Assembly (NCBI GenBank): GCA_963708045.1
Contig: OY970181.1
Span: 643,740-707,739, forward strand
DNA: 64,000 nt
Source of the DNA: an uncultured bacterium
GTDB taxonomy: Bacteria > Patescibacteriota > Patescibacteriia > CAIQCM01
Direction: 5' to 3'
Made by a program: the position numbers and the translations under genes. Every line of letters begins with the position of its first letter. Position 1 is the stretch's first letter. Positions 48,185 through 57,672 of the stretch are shown here, piece by piece. The notes below the pieces were generated by a model, which was given only the letters and a program-made list of their open reading frames with translations, ran no database searches and was not told where the DNA came from.

Positions 48185-49227
48185 GTGCTAATTGATTATC
48201 TACTTAACCACATTACAGATTATTCATTATTTAAAAACGCCGAATTGGGGGTTGGGTTGAGACATGAATTAAACTTATATCTTGTAAAATTACTTAATGA
48301 TGCTGGTTGGTCAGATCAGAATGGGGAGCATTACAATAATATTGGTAATAATTTATCAGAAATTGCTGATTGGATATTCGGTGAAAATCAACATCTTGGT
48401 AGCGGTGTACTCAATTTGTTGAGCAAGGAAGATCGTGGCGTTTTTGGACTTTACGACCTTCTCGCGTTTCGATTGTTTTGTAGTGCCGATAGGAATGGTG
48501 GGGTATATCACATTCAAGAGGCGTTATCTAAACACGGGAATCCCGACGCGATAACAAGTGGTTCGGTAAATGATATCGCGATTGGCGAGATGCGTGAGAT
48601 ATCACAAAGGGTGTTTAAAATTTTTAAAAGTCAGTATATCGAAAAAGAAGATAAATATTTTTGATGTGATTGATAAAATTACATTGGAAGATATTTCGGG
48701 TAAGTACTTAGATTATATTAATAGTAATATCTCTTCCGGAAAGGTTAAAAATGTAAACGAAACGGTCTCCGGATTAAAATCAAATCTTAAATCATTCATA
48801 ATTTATCAACTTGGAAATTCATTGATAAGCCTCGGGGTCGGTTGCGGTTATTATGACCCAACTGGAAATGAAGATAAAAAGGGTATCAAATTACAAATCA
48901 ATGATTATATTTTTGGGATTTGTTTCGAACCGTCAGATGATGATAAATATGAACATTTCTTAGACTACTTGTTAATAAATTTATCTCACAACTCTCCATT
49001 AGATCCGAGAAGTGTATTCTCTCCAAATGTAAATGAATTTACTAAAGTTCTCGAAAAAAGAAAAACTTATTAACTACTGGGAAAAACACGGCGCAAAAAT
49101 TAAAGAACTCAATTTCCCGGCTAAAGAAAAAACTATATTCACCCCGAACTATTCGGCTACATATAAGGAAGATTTATCAAATGTTTATAAAGTTCTTGAT
49201 GATTTAATTAACGAACAAATTAAATAA
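48185..49227 (+). pseudogene. candidate frame-shifted gene (three consecutive overlapping ORFs in frames 2, 0 and 1) of unknown function
   Basis: ORFs 48185..48664, 48570..49073 and 49033..49227 overlap head-to-tail at homopolymer runs (T5 near 48655; A6 and A5 near 49055); no motif recognised. Confidence 0.35.
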
Positions 49228-49252
49228 CTGTGACAGGATCGTTTGTTAATGT

Positions 49253-49822
49253 ATGTTAAATTCACAACGTGTTTATTGGGAAAATTACAAAAAAGAAATC
49301 ATAGATTCCGTGAACGTTTTGATTGAAAAAGGGCATTATAACGCCGCCGCTAAATTAATTTTATTAGGCATAGATAGTGTGGCTGGATTTTACATGGGCA
49401 GAGTGGAAAATGGATTTATAACAAAATCATTCAGTGGGTTTGTAGAAAAATATATGTGGAAATTTAATGACGTTAATTTCCCGACAAAAGGGGTTGTGTT
49501 GATTAATCGTAAGACTGGATATAGGTTCAATAAACCAAGCGAGGTACTTTACCATGTAATTCGTAATGGCTTTATTCATGATGGATTTGTAGGAATCGGT
49601 ATTGAAATATATAAAGATTTAGATTCAAGGGTATTATGGAGCGGTTCGGGTTTTAATATTTTCAGGCTAAACATTGTAGGATTTTTTGAGTACTTTAAAA
49701 TATCTCTCGTAAATTACGAGAATGATTTGAATACAGATACTGTTTTGATGCAAAAATTCGTTAATAAATATAATGATATAAACTTTTTTTCTTTTGGTTC
49801 TTTAAAAACGAAGAAGGCGTGA
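49253..49822 (+). CDS. hypothetical protein (AT-rich island)
   Basis: 189-aa ORF with AT-rich codon usage; no recognised motif. Confidence 0.4.
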   Translation: MLNSQRVYWENYKKEIIDSVNVLIEKGHYNAAAKLILLGIDSVAGFYMGRVENGFITKSFSGFVEKYMWKFNDVNFPTKGVVLINRKTGYRFNKPSEVLYHVIRNGFIHDGFVGIGIEIYKDLDSRVLWSGSGFNIFRLNIVGFFEYFKISLVNYENDLNTDTVLMQKFVNKYNDINFFSFGSLKTKKA

Positions 49823-49889
49823 CTCTTCGTTTTTGCTATCCACTCGCCCTACACCAATACTAAAATAAAAAATACAGTACACTTTTGAC

Positions 49890-49940
49890 TGTACACGTTT
49901 TCATCCGGCCGGATGAAAACGTGTACAGTAAAATTTTTTT
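49890..49940. terminator. perfect 38-bp palindrome plus T-run (strong bidirectional terminator-like element)
   Basis: 'TGTACACGTTTTCATCCGG|CCGGATGAAAACGTGTACA' then 'GTAAAATTTTTTTT'; A-run upstream. Confidence 0.6.
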
Positions 49941-49945
49941 TGTTT

Positions 49946-49995
49946 CCGTCTCACGGTTGTCTCGGGTGGGACAACGGTGAGGCGGGGAGTTTTTG
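49946..49995 (+). terminator. second strong hairpin plus T-run
   Basis: 'CCGTCTCACGGTTGTC-TCGGGTGG-GACAACGGTGAGGCGG' (16-bp stem, one mismatch) then 'GGAGTTTTTG'. Confidence 0.45.
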
Positions 49996-50133
49996 CAAAT
50001 TTAAACTGATTCTAGTGTTGTTGAACGGAATTAAAAAAAGGTAGACCCTTTTGTGTCCTTTTTTAATTTATCAATTCGTTATAATAATGTAATATAACAA
50101 TTATCACTAAGGTAATTTAAATGTGACTAAAAT

Positions 50134-50883
50134 ATGACACCAGAAAAAGCCGGCCGAGGAGCGATAATGCTCAAATACGCGGCAATAGGTGAGTGTGTGT
50201 CGTTCGTAGCGACGCTGTTTTTCGTCGTTGTCACTTCGTATACGGCGTACGTGTTCAAATTTTTCAGTCCGTCCGCGTTCAATAAAGTAATAATATTTTT
50301 TGTAGCGTTGCTGGTTTGGCAAGCATCATCGGCGACTTACCGGATTTGGAAAAGGAATTCGGTAATTAAGAACAACGCCCTCCAGTCGGCCAAGCCGCCG
50401 GTTCCCCAAACGCCGCTTTCACCGGATGAAAAAGCCGTTGTCGTCGTTGCGCCTATCAGCTGGCGCAAATTTCCTGATTTTCGAAATCAAAATGAGTACC
50501 GCTCCATTTATCCTTCATGGTTTCCGCAGAACTCGCTCATCATCACCGACCGCGGATTGTTGTTCGTTTATGCGCCGTTATACTTGGGCGACCAGATGTT
50601 CGGCAAAAAGGTTTCGGTTGCTGATAGTAATTTTGTCTGGGCCGATAAACTGATCGTCGCAAAAATTCATGATCTGCTGGAGAAGAATTCGCTCAAAGAA
50701 GTTTACGAAAGCTACCCGGCAAATTTCCGCTTGGGTTTTGACGAAATTGAATCGATCCAGCATCCCGATCTTCCGTACATACTTCTGATCAAGCTAAAAA
50801 ACGGCTCACGTTTTATCGTTACCGTCAGATCAAGCGACGATTACGAAAAGGCCAGGCAGGTGTTGGGACAGAAGGGTTTTTAA
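50134..50883 (+). CDS. hypothetical membrane protein (2 N-terminal TM helices plus soluble C-terminal domain)
   Basis: 249-aa ORF in a GC-richer segment; no recognised motif. Confidence 0.45.
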   Translation: MTPEKAGRGAIMLKYAAIGECVSFVATLFFVVVTSYTAYVFKFFSPSAFNKVIIFFVALLVWQASSATYRIWKRNSVIKNNALQSAKPPVPQTPLSPDEKAVVVVAPISWRKFPDFRNQNEYRSIYPSWFPQNSLIITDRGLLFVYAPLYLGDQMFGKKVSVADSNFVWADKLIVAKIHDLLEKNSLKEVYESYPANFRLGFDEIESIQHPDLPYILLIKLKNGSRFIVTVRSSDDYEKARQVLGQKGF

Positions 50884-51082
50884 AAGAATTAAGAAAAAAC
50901 TAAAGCGAAAACGAAGGGGGTACACTCCTTCGTTTTTGGTATATTGACACGAAAATGTTTTTCGGTTAATGTAAAACGTTTTGAAAGATAAGGAGAGAAC
51001 ATGAACAAGCCAGTACCAGGAAACGACGTGAAATCGGCTTTTATCGCCGTCCAAATACGGCGGATGTGCGACAGATCTCTGT

Positions 51083-51664
51083 GTGTCCGAAGCAAAGCGG
51101 CTGGGCCTGAGCGATCTGCATAGCCAACTCGTGGCCGGTCACGGGCAGATGCATATACGAAACAGCTTGGCCGAGGCAGGGGAGGGCGTTGTAGATGTCG
51201 GCGAAATCTATGAGTTCGTGCGCTCTGTGGTCGTGATGGCCGCAGCGCATTTCCACGACCTTGAACAACTTGAGGCTGGGTGGGCAATGACGCTCTATCC
51301 GAGCATGGATATCATGCTGTTTGTTTGGGCGCGCGCCAAACGTTCTGGAACGAACGGCCTAGGCGCCTGCATCAAACTGCGTGACGAATTTCGCGTGCGC
51401 AACGAGGCAATCGCCAAGGTCGTCATCGGACATCTGCTTCGTTCCATGGATTCTACGGAACACGTTGAGACCTACACGGGCGCGTTCGCCGGGGAGATCG
51501 CTTTTCGCGTTTCCGACTACGCTGAATCGCTTCTTGAAGAGCTGCCGCCAGTTGCGGTCGATTTTCAGGAGCCTGCCAACGGCTTGGAAGCGCTCGAAAA
51601 TGTTCGACGAAGGCATTGCTCTTATTCCGGACGAGGACCTGCCGATCCTTCCTTACGAGATTAA
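51083..51664 (+). CDS. hypothetical protein (uncertain; GC-rich segment with overlapping ORFs)
   Basis: 193-aa GTG-initiated ORF; an upstream ATG at 51001 with a strong AAGGAGAG RBS is in another frame and stops after 40 codons, so the gene may be frame-shifted. Confidence 0.3.
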   Translation: MSEAKRLGLSDLHSQLVAGHGQMHIRNSLAEAGEGVVDVGEIYEFVRSVVVMAAAHFHDLEQLEAGWAMTLYPSMDIMLFVWARAKRSGTNGLGACIKLRDEFRVRNEAIAKVVIGHLLRSMDSTEHVETYTGAFAGEIAFRVSDYAESLLEELPPVAVDFQEPANGLEALENVRRRHCSYSGRGPADPSLRD

Positions 51665-51978
51665 CGCCATTGACTGCGTTAATGCGTTCATGCGCGAGAT
51701 GCTGTCGCAAGCGGGCCGGCCAGCTGGCAGTATGGGGATCGTCAACCTCGAACCGCTCGAAAACGATTGGAAGGCATGTGGCGAAATACGCCTTTATCGC
51801 CTTGGGTCTGCCGCTCCACTGAGGATCGGCAACGGCTTACGCCACGCGAATGGGAGGATCCTTCGGGATCCTCCAATTTTTTTTGTCAGCATCCACACGG
51901 TGAGGCGAAGTTTGTGTGATATTTGACAAACGATTCCTTACAGTGTAAAAAATTCCCAGGACAACAACAGGAGTACCA

Positions 51979-52272
51979 ATGACCGAAACCGCTAGACAGC
52001 TCATTTTCGTCGTCAGCCAAATGATGTTTGTGACAGGTGTCATAATCATCGCCCTCGCCAGCTGTGAGGCAAAGAGCATACCGCGCCTGTTCAAGGCGTT
52101 CGCCGCCGTTGTCGCTTTGGTGATGAGTGCACTGTCCTTTCACGCGCTCATCACCAATCCGCACTTCGGTATTTCGCTCAATTATGCCTGTGTCGTCGTC
52201 GCCGGAGCCAGTATCGTCGCCTTGTTGGTGGCGGTTACAGCCTCGCGTCGTTCGTCGCCGGCGGTCAACTGA
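51979..52272 (+). CDS. small hypothetical membrane protein
   Basis: 97 aa with 2-3 TM helices; AGGAG RBS 6 nt upstream. Confidence 0.35.
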   Translation: MTETARQLIFVVSQMMFVTGVIIIALASCEAKSIPRLFKAFAAVVALVMSALSFHALITNPHFGISLNYACVVVAGASIVALLVAVTASRRSSPAVN

Positions 52273-52397
52273 CCGCCAACTAGGGCACATCACACGGGGT
52301 CGCTTCGGCGACCCTTGTTTTTATATGCAAAGGGAACTGAGATTGTTGCGGAGGAATAGCCGGTGTACATCGGGGTGGTATTTGGTACAATAAAAAA

Positions 52398-53141
52398 ATG
52401 ATTCACTTTACGCCGATACCGCAAATAACCGTATTTTTTTGGCAGGTTCCTGTTCACGGGCTTTTGATTGCTGTTGGTTTTTTGATTGCTTTATTTTTTG
52501 CGACCCGCGAGGCAAGGCGGCGCGGGTTGAATACGGCGCCGCTTGAAAATGCTGCGGCAGTTGGCGCGATTATTGGCTTAATCGGCGCGCGCCTTGTTTA
52601 CTTAATTTTTTGGGGCGGGGGAATGAGTCTATTGGAAATGTTGCGCGTTTGGGACGGCGGGCTTTCTTCGCATGGTGGATATATTTTTGGCGTCATTGCT
52701 GCTTGGTTATATTTAAAAATCTATAAAGTTGACGTTCTTGGTTATTTTGATGCAGCCGCGCCTTTCATTCTTTTAGGGTGGGCGATTGGGCGGCTGGGGT
52801 GCTTTCTAAATTGGGACTCATACGGCAAGATTGGTGATTCGTTTTTTTCTATTGTTGTTCTTGGCGAAAGCCGTTTCCCGACCCAACTTTTTGAAGCGGC
52901 AGGATATTTAATCGGGTTTGCTGTTTGTTATCTTTGTTTGCAAAAGTTTGCAGGTAGGCTTAAAAAAGGGGGGATTCTCGCTCTTTCATTATGTTTGTTT
53001 GCGGCGGTAAGATTTTCTGTTGATTTTTTGCGCGACGATCCGTTTTCTTATTTTTTATTTTCGCAGGTTTTAACGGGCCTGATTCTATTGGTTTCGGGAA
53101 TTTATTTTTTGCGAAGCATAAACAAAAAAATCGTGATATAA
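52398..53141 (+). CDS. lgt: prolipoprotein diacylglyceryl transferase
   Basis: 'IAVGFLIALFFATREARRRGL', 'GARLVYLIFWG', 'WDGGLSSHGG', 'GWAIGRLGCFLN' are Lgt signature regions. Confidence 0.85.
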   Translation: MIHFTPIPQITVFFWQVPVHGLLIAVGFLIALFFATREARRRGLNTAPLENAAAVGAIIGLIGARLVYLIFWGGGMSLLEMLRVWDGGLSSHGGYIFGVIAAWLYLKIYKVDVLGYFDAAAPFILLGWAIGRLGCFLNWDSYGKIGDSFFSIVVLGESRFPTQLFEAAGYLIGFAVCYLCLQKFAGRLKKGGILALSLCLFAAVRFSVDFLRDDPFSYFLFSQVLTGLILLVSGIYFLRSINKKIVI

Positions 53142-53200
53142 TAATTAACTTATAAACGACGAAGGGTTGATTCTTGGTCATAGACGTTAATTAAACAAGT

Positions 53201-54541
53201 ATGGCGAAAAAAAGTACCAATAGCGCCAAAGCGTGGGTTGTTGCCGTCACCATGGGTTACGGTCACCTCCGCGCCGCTTATCCGCTTCGCGATTTAGCTG
53301 ACGCGAAACACTATCTTTTTGCCGACGAATACGAGGGAATGCCGGCGTCCGACCGTTCCATTTGGAAAAATAGCCGTAAATTATACGAAACCATTTCCCG
53401 TTTTCGCGTTGTCCCAATCATTGGTGAGCCGATTTTTTCTTTGCTTGATCGCTGGCAGTCGCTTAAAATGTTTTACCCGGAACGCGATCTTTCCAAACCA
53501 ACCTTTCCTGTGCGCCAAGCCTATGCGTTTTTCCGCCGGGGTTTTATGGAGCATTTTATCAGGCGCTTGGCCAAAGAGCCCATACCGCTCGTGACCTCGT
53601 TTTTTTATGTGGCACAGGCGGCTGAATTTTATAATTACCCCAACGAAATTTATTGCGTTATTTGCGACAGCGATATGTCGCGAAGCTGGGTCGCGCAAGA
53701 GCCGCAAAAAAGCCGGATAAAATATTTTGCGCCAAATCGTCGCGTTGTGGAAAGACTTAGGGAATATGGCGTACCGGATAAGAATATATTTTTAACGGGC
53801 TTTCCGCTTCCAAAAGAGCTTATCGGCGGATTGGAATATAAAACGCTAAAAAAAGACCTCGCGCACCGGCTATTTAATCTAGATACCAGTGGTATTTATG
53901 CAGCGCGTTTTGGTCCGGCCGTGCAAAAGTTGCTTGGAAAAGAAAATTATCCTGGGCATAACGGTCATCCGCTTACGCTCGCGTTTGCCGTTGGCGGCGC
54001 TGGCGCCCAGCGTGAAATGGCAATGCCGATTTTGCGGAGTCTTAAGTCTAAAATAAAAAGCGGCGCGATTCGCGTAATTCTCATTGCCGGTAACCGTCGC
54101 GAGGTTGCGGATTATTTTGAAAACGTTATCAAACAGAACGGTCTTGCACCGTATAAAAATTTTGTTTCCGTTCTTGTTGGGCGCGACAAGCAAGAATATT
54201 TTGAAATGTTTGACAACGCCTTGCGCACCATAGACGTGCTTTGGACAAAGCCGTCCGAATTGTCTTTTTATTCGGCGCTAGGCATTCCGATAATTATTGC
54301 GCCGACCATTGGTTCGCAAGAAGATTTTAATTCCTGGTGGCTTAGGAGTATTGGCGGCGGTATACCGCAACTTGATCCGGCTTATTGCGACGAGTGGCTT
54401 ACCGACTGGCTTTCATCGGGTTGGCTCGCGCGCGCCGCCGTGGCTGGCTTTACGAACGCGCCTAAGCGCGGCGTTTATCGCATTGACGAGATCGTCACAA
54501 AAGGCGCGCCAAGTTTGCCTGAGCCGATTGAACCTGTTTAA
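53201..54541 (+). CDS. GT28-family glycosyltransferase (MGDG-synthase / UgtP-like, GT-B fold)
   Basis: N-terminal 'VAVTMGYGHLRAAYPL'; C-terminal 'IDVLWTKPSELSFYSALGIPIIIAPTIGSQEDFNSWWLRSIGGGI' matches the MurG/MGDG-synthase donor-binding region. Confidence 0.6.
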   Translation: MAKKSTNSAKAWVVAVTMGYGHLRAAYPLRDLADAKHYLFADEYEGMPASDRSIWKNSRKLYETISRFRVVPIIGEPIFSLLDRWQSLKMFYPERDLSKPTFPVRQAYAFFRRGFMEHFIRRLAKEPIPLVTSFFYVAQAAEFYNYPNEIYCVICDSDMSRSWVAQEPQKSRIKYFAPNRRVVERLREYGVPDKNIFLTGFPLPKELIGGLEYKTLKKDLAHRLFNLDTSGIYAARFGPAVQKLLGKENYPGHNGHPLTLAFAVGGAGAQREMAMPILRSLKSKIKSGAIRVILIAGNRREVADYFENVIKQNGLAPYKNFVSVLVGRDKQEYFEMFDNALRTIDVLWTKPSELSFYSALGIPIIIAPTIGSQEDFNSWWLRSIGGGIPQLDPAYCDEWLTDWLSSGWLARAAVAGFTNAPKRGVYRIDEIVTKGAPSLPEPIEPV

Positions 54542-54543
54542 TA

Positions 54544-55101
54544 ATGACAACTCGCTACCCCAATTTATTAGTTTTTTTAGCAGGGCTCGCGATATCTTTG
54601 GTATTATTTTTTACAGGTAGCCTTGTTTATGCCGTTGATTTTCTTGGCAAGCTGAGTTATCTCGGTTCTTTAATATTGGGCGCCCTCTATGCTTCGGCTT
54701 TAACCGGTGGCTTTGCTTCGGTTGCCTTTGTAGCGATCGGCGAAAAAAATAATCCGCTCGTCGTCGCGATTTTAGGCGGTCTTGGGGCAATGTTTGCCGA
54801 TTTTTTAATATTCCGTTTTATAAAAATCGGAATCATCAGCGAAATAAAACTTTTGTTTGAGGGACGTTTTAATTTAATCAGAACGCAAAGAATAAAAAAT
54901 TTTGTCGGTTTGCGTTTGTTTCGTGTTCCGGCGCTGCTGTTTGGATTTTTGGTGATCGCTTCGCCGCTTCCCGACGAACTTGGAATTTTTATTCTCGCGT
55001 CGCTCGGCGTTAGGATCAAGCGGTCGGCGCCTTTGTTTTTTATTCTGAACGCATCCGGAATTTATTTGCTGGCCTTGGTCGGCGCCGCGATCGCTCAGTA
55101 A
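54544..55101 (+). CDS. hypothetical integral membrane protein
   Basis: 185 aa with about 5 TM helices; no motif recognised. Confidence 0.4.
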   Translation: MTTRYPNLLVFLAGLAISLVLFFTGSLVYAVDFLGKLSYLGSLILGALYASALTGGFASVAFVAIGEKNNPLVVAILGGLGAMFADFLIFRFIKIGIISEIKLLFEGRFNLIRTQRIKNFVGLRLFRVPALLFGFLVIASPLPDELGIFILASLGVRIKRSAPLFFILNASGIYLLALVGAAIAQ

Positions 55102-55107
55102 CGTTTT

Positions 55108-57672
55108 ATGAACACACAAGACTATTACTCTCTCGGCACGGCGGAAGTTTTTAACGATCTTAAATCAATGCGTTCGGGAATTACCGAGCGCGAGGCTGAG
55201 GCACGTTTAAAACATTTTGGCTTAAACGAACTGCCTTCGCCGCCGGCAATTTCTTCAATCAAAATTTTTTTAAGACAAATTATCTCGCCGCTCGTTTTAC
55301 TGTTGGTTATTGCGGCAATGATCTCGTTATTTTTGGGAAAAGGAAATGACGCACTATTGATTATTGCAACCGTACTCATAACGGTTATATTTGGTTTTTT
55401 TCAAGAGATAAAAGCCGAACGCTCGCTTGAGGCGCTTAGAAAAGCCGTTAGAAGTACAGCCAGAGTAATTAGAGATGGAAAAGAATTGTTGCTCGCGACG
55501 AGTATGATCGTTCCAGGTGACGTAATAATTTTTTCTGAAGGCGATCGCTTGCCGGCTGATTTGCGAATTATTGAAGCATCAAGTTTATCAACTAACGAAG
55601 CCTTGCTCTCTGGCGAATCACTGCCCTCAGAAAAACAAATTCATTCTTTGCCAAAAAATACCATCTTGGCCGAAAGGTCAAATATGGTTTTTGCCGGCAC
55701 GACGGTTGTTTCCGGCGAAGGCGAAGGCGTGGTTGTCGCGACCGGCCTTGCAACCGAGATTGGCAAAATTGCCGGCGCACTTCAGACGGTTAAAGATGAG
55801 CCGTCACTGCTCTCACTTCAGATTAAGCGAATGACGATTGTGATAACAATAATGATTGTCGCCGCGGGAACGGTGGTTTTCTCGGTTGGTTTATGGCAAG
55901 GGCGACCGCTTTTTGAAATGCTGGTTTTGTCGGTCGCGGCGATTGTTTCGGCGATTCCCGAAGGTTTGGCTGTTTCCGTAACCGTAATTATGGCCGTTGG
56001 AATGCTTAAACTGCATAAGGCCAATGCTTTGGTAAGACGGCTCTCTTCGGCTGAAACTCTTGGTTCAGTTTCAGTGATTTGTTTTGACAAAACCGGCACT
56101 TTAACCGAAGGAAAAATGTCGCTCATTCAGATTGTTGGCGATAAAAAACTCGCGGCCGAACTTATTGTTTCCGGAGTTTCGGCACGCGTCACCAATATTC
56201 ACGAACCAGAAGCGTCTTGGCGGGTGTCTGGCGAAAGCACCGAAGCAGCGTTGCTCGCTGGCGCGCTCAAAGAAAATGTCGCGAACGAATACAAGAAAAA
56301 AGTTGTAATTGAAGATTTGCCATTTTCTTCGGAAAGAGGTTTTCGTGCGACGCTTACCGAAATCGCGGATGGTTATCGTCTAACCGTGATCGGCCAGCCT
56401 GAACTTCTTTTGGATTATTCAAAACATGCCAATAAGGAGATTTTGAGTGATTGGCGTGAACGGGTCAAACAAATGGCAAGCGAGGGGACGCGAGTTTTGG
56501 GAATCGCGACAAAAAAACTTAATACGCCGATTAATTTATCCGACGCCGTTGCTGTGTTGTCGTCTTTGGAATTTGTCGCCTTGGCGGGATTGGCCGATCC
56601 GCTTCGTCAAAATTCTAAACAAGCAATTGGGCGAATTCGCGCAGCTGGTATTAGGGCAATAATGATAACCGGCGACAATTCGGTTACGGCCGCGGCGATC
56701 GCAAAAAAGTCTGGAATTATTGATTCTGACGCACGCGCCATTGCTTGGTCGGAAATTGAAAATTTGCCGCCCGAAGGGTTTGTTAGGGCGCTTGGCCGCT
56801 ATGACGTTTTTGCCCGCGTTCCGCCATCGGAAAAATTGCGCATCATCGGGGCACTGCAAGGAGCAGGGGAAACTGTCGCGATGACTGGGGACGGCGTTAA
56901 TGACGCGCCAGCTTTAAAACGCGCCTCAATTGGCGTGGTTATGGGTAGTGGCACCGACGTTGCCAAAGAAACTGGCGATCTTATTTTGCTTGACGATAAT
57001 TTGGAAACGATCGTTAAAGCCATAAGCGGCGGACGAAGAATTTTTGACAATATTCGTAAGGTCACGCTTTTTTTACTAATGGATTCTTTTCAGGAAATGT
57101 TGCTCATTGTCGTCACGATTGCCTGGAATTGGTCGTTGCCAATTTTGCCCGTTCAAATTCTTTGGGTTAATTTAATTGGTGACACTTTGCCCGCGTTCGC
57201 GCTGGCTTTTGAGCCTCACGAGTCGCGGGTTATGCAAGAATCGCCGCGGCGGCGCGGTGGCGGAATTTTGGACAAGCGATATCGTAACTTTTTATTTTTT
57301 TCCGGCGCCTTCACTTCGGTAATTTTTATTGTCTTTGTCGCCTTGCTCATTTGGACCGAGACGGACATAAATTATATTCGCACAATGACCTTCGTGGCTT
57401 TGGGTATTGATTCGTTGTTTATTATCTTTTCTTTGCGGCGTTTGCGAGAGAGTGTTTTTACAGGAAGCCCGTTTCAAAATCCGCTGGTAATTTTTGCGGT
57501 TTTGGCCGGTTTCTTTCTGTATTTTATCGCCTTATATTTTCCGCCCCTGGCCGCACTTTTTGGGAATGTGCCGCTCGGGTGGTATGATTGGAGTAAGCTC
57601 TTTGTTTTCGGGCTTATACAGTTAGTTGTGATTGATTTAATTAAAACTAAAATGTTTGCGCATAAAAAATGA
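55108..57672 (+). CDS. P2-type cation-transporting ATPase (Ca2+/Mg2+-type)
   Basis: 'ICFDKTGTLT', 'MITGDN', 'MTGDGVNDAPALK', 'GSGTDVAKETGDLILLDDNLETIV'; 854 aa with 10 TM helices. Confidence 0.9.
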   Translation: MNTQDYYSLGTAEVFNDLKSMRSGITEREAEARLKHFGLNELPSPPAISSIKIFLRQIISPLVLLLVIAAMISLFLGKGNDALLIIATVLITVIFGFFQEIKAERSLEALRKAVRSTARVIRDGKELLLATSMIVPGDVIIFSEGDRLPADLRIIEASSLSTNEALLSGESLPSEKQIHSLPKNTILAERSNMVFAGTTVVSGEGEGVVVATGLATEIGKIAGALQTVKDEPSLLSLQIKRMTIVITIMIVAAGTVVFSVGLWQGRPLFEMLVLSVAAIVSAIPEGLAVSVTVIMAVGMLKLHKANALVRRLSSAETLGSVSVICFDKTGTLTEGKMSLIQIVGDKKLAAELIVSGVSARVTNIHEPEASWRVSGESTEAALLAGALKENVANEYKKKVVIEDLPFSSERGFRATLTEIADGYRLTVIGQPELLLDYSKHANKEILSDWRERVKQMASEGTRVLGIATKKLNTPINLSDAVAVLSSLEFVALAGLADPLRQNSKQAIGRIRAAGIRAIMITGDNSVTAAAIAKKSGIIDSDARAIAWSEIENLPPEGFVRALGRYDVFARVPPSEKLRIIGALQGAGETVAMTGDGVNDAPALKRASIGVVMGSGTDVAKETGDLILLDDNLETIVKAISGGRRIFDNIRKVTLFLLMDSFQEMLLIVVTIAWNWSLPILPVQILWVNLIGDTLPAFALAFEPHESRVMQESPRRRGGGILDKRYRNFLFFSGAFTSVIFIVFVALLIWTETDINYIRTMTFVALGIDSLFIIFSLRRLRESVFTGSPFQNPLVIFAVLAGFFLYFIALYFPPLAALFGNVPLGWYDWSKLFVFGLIQLVVIDLIKTKMFAHKK

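Noticed and set aside
51041-52293. Stack of 6-8 overlapping ORFs on both strands (85-181 aa)
   Set aside because: Mutually exclusive overlaps in a GC-rich stretch. Only the frames with an RBS or consistent hydrophobicity were kept, at low confidence. The rest are treated as noise or decayed remnants.
45640-52300. Prophage or integrative element explaining the compositional islands
   Set aside because: No integrase, transposase, recombinase, phage structural gene or tRNA-adjacent direct repeat was found, so the regions are described as accessory islands rather than as a named mobile element.
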